A program made the translations under genes and the position numbers. A stretch of 64,000 bases of DNA from Lachnospiraceae bacterium (GTDB lineage: Bacteria; Bacillota; Clostridia; Lachnospirales; Lachnospiraceae), in the NCBI GenBank assembly GCA_051888795.1, contig JBJFCD010000199.1, forward strand, positions 12,509-76,508, in the 5' to 3' direction. The notes under the pieces are model-generated. The model saw only the letters and a program-made list of their open reading frames with translations, was not told the origin of the DNA and ran no database searches. Numbering within the stretch: position 1 is the stretch's first letter; each line of letters starts with the position of its first letter. Shown here piece after piece: positions 59,793 to 64,000 of the stretch.

Positions 59793-59822
59793 AAAAAAGG
59801 GCATTGTAAAAATGCCCTTTTA
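59793..59822. terminator. Bidirectional terminator between pyrD and paaK
   Basis: AAAAAAGGGCATT-GTAAA-AATGCCCTTTT. Confidence 0.7.
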
Positions 59823-59845
59823 AAATGCCACTTAGTTTGGAAGAT

Positions 59846-61081
59846 TTATTCATATCTTTCATCAATCACTCGTTTTGTCTTTTTCTCGCTTCTCGGAAGC
59901 AGTCCGAGCTCAACAACTTTTACAAGAGGAGTGAATCCAATGCGGCTCTTGACTTTATCTGCAATTCGTCTTGCGAGATCTAAGAAATCAACACTTCCAT
60001 TTGTCTCAACATAGATACGCATTGTATCGCGGCCATCCAGATGAGAGATTCGGATCTGGTATTCACTGGAAACCTCAGGGAATTCCTTCAAAATTTCTTC
60101 GATTTGGCTTGGGAATACATTTACACCTTTAATCTTCATCATGTCATCTGTTCTTCCCATAATAGTGTCAAGTCTTGGGAATTTACTGCCACAAGGACAG
60201 GTTCCCGGAATGATTCGCGATAAATCATGTGTGCGGTAACGGATCAGTGGAGCCCCCTCTTTTACGAGTGTAGTGATAACAATCTCGCCAAGTTCTCCAT
60301 CCGGCAGAGGTTTTAATGTTACCGGGTCAATGATTTCAATGTAAATATAATCATCCCAGTAATGCATTCCGGTGTCATATTTACAATTGATACCGATACC
60401 CGGTCCGTAAATTTCTGTAAGTCCGTAAATATCATAAAGCTCAATTCCAAGCTCTGTTCTTATGCGGTTACGCATTTTTTCGCCCCATCGCTCAGAGCCG
60501 ATGACACCTTTTTTCAAACATATTTTATCTTTGATGCCGCGCTTTTCTATCTCTTCAGCAAGAAGAAGCGCATAGGAAGAAGTTGCACACAGAACGGTGC
60601 TTTTCATGTCCATCATCATCTGGAGCTGTTTATCAGTGTTGCCGGGGCCCATCGGGATAACCATTGCGCCAAGTTTTTCAGCACCATTTTGAAAACCGAT
60701 ACCGGCAGTCCATAATCCGTAGCCAGGTGTGATCTGAATGCGGTCCGTATTTGTAATGCCGGCTGTCTCATAACAGCGGGCAAACATAATCGCCCAGTCA
60801 TCTACGTCTTTTGCAGTATACGGTATAATAACAGGAAGTCCTGTAGTACCTGAAGAAGAGTGTATTCTTACAATCTCCTCTTCCGGGGCAGTCATAAGTC
60901 CGAGAGGATAAGCTTCTCTGAGATCGTTTTTCTCGGAAAACGGAAGCTTTTCAAAATCTTCCGGTGTAGAGATACCAAAGATCCCTGCTTCTTCAAGCTT
61001 TTTTCCGTAAAAGCTACCGGCATTTCTGAGTGCCTGGATCTGATTATTAACCTGACTGATCTGTAATTCTGAAATCTGCAT
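59846..61081 (-). CDS. paaK: Phenylacetate-CoA ligase family protein
   Basis: SSGTTG, YGLWTAG, YGLTE, RYRTHD, GRTDDMM..KGVNVFP. Confidence 0.9.
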   Translation of the reverse strand: MQISELQISQVNNQIQALRNAGSFYGKKLEEAGIFGISTPEDFEKLPFSEKNDLREAYPLGLMTAPEEEIVRIHSSSGTTGLPVIIPYTAKDVDDWAIMFARCYETAGITNTDRIQITPGYGLWTAGIGFQNGAEKLGAMVIPMGPGNTDKQLQMMMDMKSTVLCATSSYALLLAEEIEKRGIKDKICLKKGVIGSERWGEKMRNRIRTELGIELYDIYGLTEIYGPGIGINCKYDTGMHYWDDYIYIEIIDPVTLKPLPDGELGEIVITTLVKEGAPLIRYRTHDLSRIIPGTCPCGSKFPRLDTIMGRTDDMMKIKGVNVFPSQIEEILKEFPEVSSEYQIRISHLDGRDTMRIYVETNGSVDFLDLARRIADKVKSRIGFTPLVKVVELGLLPRSEKKTKRVIDERYE

Positions 61082-61103
61082 AATAAAAATATCCTTTCTT
61101 GTA

Positions 61104-61688
61104 TTAACAGTTGTGAGTTCTTACATATTCAAGTGCCCGGAAATTCAGCTGATGGAATTTTTCCGGCAATCGTTCTTTTATTGCGAGTCTTATATCTTCT
61201 TCGGTCAGGCCAAGTGCACCACTGTGAATGGCAGCACCAAGAAGAAGAATATTTAAAACTTTTGAGGAACCAATTTCCTTACATGCTTCGTCAGTATCTA
61301 CAACGAGGAGATGTTCCACATGTCTTTTTAAGTAATCAATCATCGCTTCCTCGCTATAAGAAGAACCGGAAAGAGTAGCAGTAATTGGCATGATCGCCCG
61401 TTTACTTACAACTACCTGACCATTCTTTTTAAGGAATGGAAGCATACGTACAGTTTCGCCAGGTTCAAATCCAAGAATGATGTCTGCCTCATTTTCAGCA
61501 ATCATCGGAGAATAAAGATTATCTCCAAGACGTACATGGCTGAAAACGCTTCCGCCTCTTTGTGCCATACCTATTGTTTCGGCGCTCATTACAGGAATAT
61601 TTTTTTTCATAGCAGCGGCAGCTATCAGTTTAGATGCGAGTACAGTTCCCTGACCTCCGACACCACATAACACAATATTTTTATTCAT
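61104..61688 (-). CDS. iorB: Indolepyruvate ferredoxin oxidoreductase beta subunit
   Basis: GVGGQGTVL, ETIGMAQRGGSV. Confidence 0.93.
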   Translation of the reverse strand: MNKNIVLCGVGGQGTVLASKLIAAAAMKKNIPVMSAETIGMAQRGGSVFSHVRLGDNLYSPMIAENEADIILGFEPGETVRMLPFLKKNGQVVVSKRAIMPITATLSGSSYSEEAMIDYLKRHVEHLLVVDTDEACKEIGSSKVLNILLLGAAIHSGALGLTEEDIRLAIKERLPEKFHQLNFRALEYVRTHNC

Positions 61689-63528
61689 GACTTTCACCTC
61701 CGGCAATAGCATTTACAGGGCAAAGCTGACTGCACAGTGTACAACCGGTACAGAGGGAAGAATCAATGCAGACCTTTCCTTCTTTAATAATAAGAGCAGG
61801 ACAGCCGAGTTCCCTGACACATTTTTTGCAGCCAATACATTTTTCAGAATCTACATGCATACAGCCGGATGGCTTTGTAATTGCAATGCAGGGTGATTTA
61901 AAAATGATGGCTTTTACACCTGGGGAGGCAGAAACACGTTTTACACAATCTATGGCATTGTCAAGAACCAGAGGATCACAGGTCTCAACAACAGTAAGAC
62001 CGATGCCTCGAAGGACAGCTTCAATATTTACTTTATCTACCACTTCTCCCATCATTGTATGGCCGGTGCCTGGGTGAGGCTGATGACCGGTCATGGCAGT
62101 TGTGGAATTATCCAGTATGACAAGAGTCATTTCAGCCTGATTGTAGACAGCATTGATAACACTGGGGATTGCAGAAGCAAAAAAGGTAGAGTCACCTACA
62201 AATGCAAAGCAAGACGTGTCAGGTTCAATTCTGCCTACACCTTGTGAAATACCAAGACCGGCACCCATGCAAAGACAGGTGTCAACCATATCAAGCGGCA
62301 TTGCATTGCCAAGTGTATAGCATCCGATATCTCCGCAGAAAATAGTCTTTTTCCCTTTCATAGCAGTCTTTACCGCATAGAAAGAAGCGCGGTGCGGGCA
62401 GCCTGCGCACAGAACCGGAGGACGTACCGGAAGAGCCGGCATATCAGATCCGGATGCAGTTTCAGCATCTGCGCAGTCCGTTTTTAGAAAAGCTGTTATG
62501 TCTTTATTTACACTGTCTCTGGTGTTTTCACCTGCATTTTTCACATGATGGGTAAGCTTTCCGTAAATCTTTACAGGGAGATTGTATTTTCCACTTATAT
62601 AAGTAAGTTCCCGCTCAATGACCGGATCGAGTTCTTCCAGACAAAGTACTTCGTCAAGATCTTTAAGAAAATCATAAGCTAACCTCTCCGGAAAAGGATG
62701 AGGTGTTGAAACTTTGAAAAGAACTGGTTTTTCGCAGTCATCAACAGAGTTAAGTGTTTCCATCGCGTATGTAAAACTGATCCCGCCTGCTGCAATCCCT
62801 TTTCTGGAGTTTGCAGTTGAGGAAGTATGATCGGAACTGAAATAAATCCGGTTTCTCTTATAGGAAGAAAAATCTTCGGCAAGATTCACATTTCTCTCCT
62901 CAATTTTTATGTGATTCTGGTAGGAAAGGCGTGGAAATATTACCCAGCGTCCGGAATCCTTGATAAAGCCTTCCGGTTTGTGTAAAAGATACTCACTTGT
63001 GTCCTTGACTGTAACAGAAGCATATCCGTGACAGACTCTTGTGGTTGGTCTGAGAAAGACCGGAGTACCATATTTTTCAGAGTATTCAAATGCTTCCTGG
63101 ACCATTTCGTAAGCTTCCTGTGCGGATGAAGGATCAAAACAGGGCAGTTTTGAAAATGCTGCGAAATGTCTTGTGTCTTGTTCTGTCTGTGATGATACCG
63201 GTCCCGGATCATCAGCAACAAGGATGACCATACCTCCTTTGATGCCTATATATTCCAGACTCATAAGAGGGTCTGAAGCGACATTTAATCCGACCTGTTT
63301 CATGGTGACCATACTGCGGGCACCGGCATATGCAGCACCGGCAGCAACTTCCATGGCAGTTTTTTCATTGACTGACCATTCTACATAAGTGGTATCAGGT
63401 CTGCGCTTAGCAACGGTCTCGAGAACTTCGGTAGAAGGTGTTCCGGGATAACCTGATACGAGGTTTACACCGGCAGCAATTGCACCCATAGCAATTGCCT
63501 CATTTCCCATTAAAAATTCCTTATGCAT
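61681..63528 (-). CDS. iorA: Indolepyruvate ferredoxin oxidoreductase alpha subunit
   Basis: GYPGTPSTE, NEKTA, LCAGCPHR, GDIGCYTL, GDSTF..DN.TTAMTG, 2x CxxCxxC. Confidence 0.95.
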   Translation of the reverse strand: MHKEFLMGNEAIAMGAIAAGVNLVSGYPGTPSTEVLETVAKRRPDTTYVEWSVNEKTAMEVAAGAAYAGARSMVTMKQVGLNVASDPLMSLEYIGIKGGMVILVADDPGPVSSQTEQDTRHFAAFSKLPCFDPSSAQEAYEMVQEAFEYSEKYGTPVFLRPTTRVCHGYASVTVKDTSEYLLHKPEGFIKDSGRWVIFPRLSYQNHIKIEERNVNLAEDFSSYKRNRIYFSSDHTSSTANSRKGIAAGGISFTYAMETLNSVDDCEKPVLFKVSTPHPFPERLAYDFLKDLDEVLCLEELDPVIERELTYISGKYNLPVKIYGKLTHHVKNAGENTRDSVNKDITAFLKTDCADAETASGSDMPALPVRPPVLCAGCPHRASFYAVKTAMKGKKTIFCGDIGCYTLGNAMPLDMVDTCLCMGAGLGISQGVGRIEPDTSCFAFVGDSTFFASAIPSVINAVYNQAEMTLVILDNSTTAMTGHQPHPGTGHTMMGEVVDKVNIEAVLRGIGLTVVETCDPLVLDNAIDCVKRVSASPGVKAIIFKSPCIAITKPSGCMHVDSEKCIGCKKCVRELGCPALIIKEGKVCIDSSLCTGCTLCSQLCPVNAIAGGESHE

Positions 63529-63747
63529 AATTTCACCTCAAGATAAAATGTTGATTATCATATTATTTTACTATTTTACCATACTAAAGGAAAAATAAAC
63601 AGCATTAAAAGAATGTGAAATTATGGTGTTGTAAACAAAAAAATGTCAAATCTTAATCTGATTTTAATCTTTGTTCTATATAATATACGCCGTGATTTTA
63701 TGTGAATAACTATGTTCTCTGGTTTTCCAGATACAGATGGAGGAAGT

Positions 63748-64000
63748 ATGTCGTATACATCATTTATTTATTTGGTTTTTTTAGCGATTTCATGCCTGAT
63801 TTATTATATGATTCCGTTAAAGAATCGTTGGATTGTAATTCTTGCGGCTAATATGGTATTTTATGCTGCTGCAGGATGGGATAATCTTGTTTACCTTTTG
63901 TGTGCAATTTCAATTTCCTATTTTGTAGCATTAAAAATGGGGAAATTGCATGATGAATTTAAGGTTATAAAAAAGCAGGGAAATTATGACAGAAAGCAGC
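63748..64000 (+). CDS. MBOAT family O-acyltransferase (AlgI/DltB-like), 5' partial, runs off the window
   Basis: Hand translation MSYTSFIYLVFLAISCLIYYMIP..RW..LAANMVFY..GW; RBS GGAGG. Confidence 0.7.
   Translation, partial: MSYTSFIYLVFLAISCLIYYMIPLKNRWIVILAANMVFYAAAGWDNLVYLLCAISISYFVALKMGKLHDEFKVIKKQGNYDRKQ

Noticed and set aside
180-63388. Numerous short antisense or overlapping ORFs in the track (e.g. 25077-25634, 54681-55280, 57953-58609)
   Set aside because: They lie opposite or inside well-supported genes, lack RBS and motifs, and have shadow-ORF composition
63617-63684. Possible fifth LytTR box upstream of the MBOAT gene (GAAATTATG)
   Set aside because: No second repeat at +21 and spacing to the -10 does not match

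Overview
AT-rich Firmicute chromosome segment (gene style and content suggest Lachnospiraceae; inference), almost all on the + strand. Core genes are ArsR plus a P1B-ATPase, hflX, AraC divergent from a dapF-like gene, addBA, a T-box-controlled trpEGDCFBA operon, PadR/DUF1700/DUF4097/PspC, a SASP, CdaR-like regulator, ftsEX-M23-S41, pyrC-pyrF-pyrK-pyrD, convergent iorAB-paaK and a partial MBOAT gene. Between addA and the trp T-box (about 13.2-40.0 kb) lies an accessory block with no visible mobility gene. Best candidate for an undescribed system: a LytTR regulator and an intact but almost sensor-less GHKL kinase are followed by three tandem AgrC-like multi-TM pseudo-kinases with divergent sensor halves and DNA-identical cytoplasmic halves. 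After them come an O-antigen-ligase-like gene and an array of surface-protein genes. Four promoters in that array carry a 9-12-9 direct repeat of LytTR type 30-31 bp upstream of an extended -10 box. Independently, a 14-bp-stem palindrome between pyrF and pyrK sits at the centre of a mirror-image A/C versus G/T synonymous-site skew, and the DapF homolog has Ser at both catalytic Cys positions. No rRNA, tRNA, CRISPR array or transposase was seen. All family calls are from motif recognition by eye; no database searches were run.
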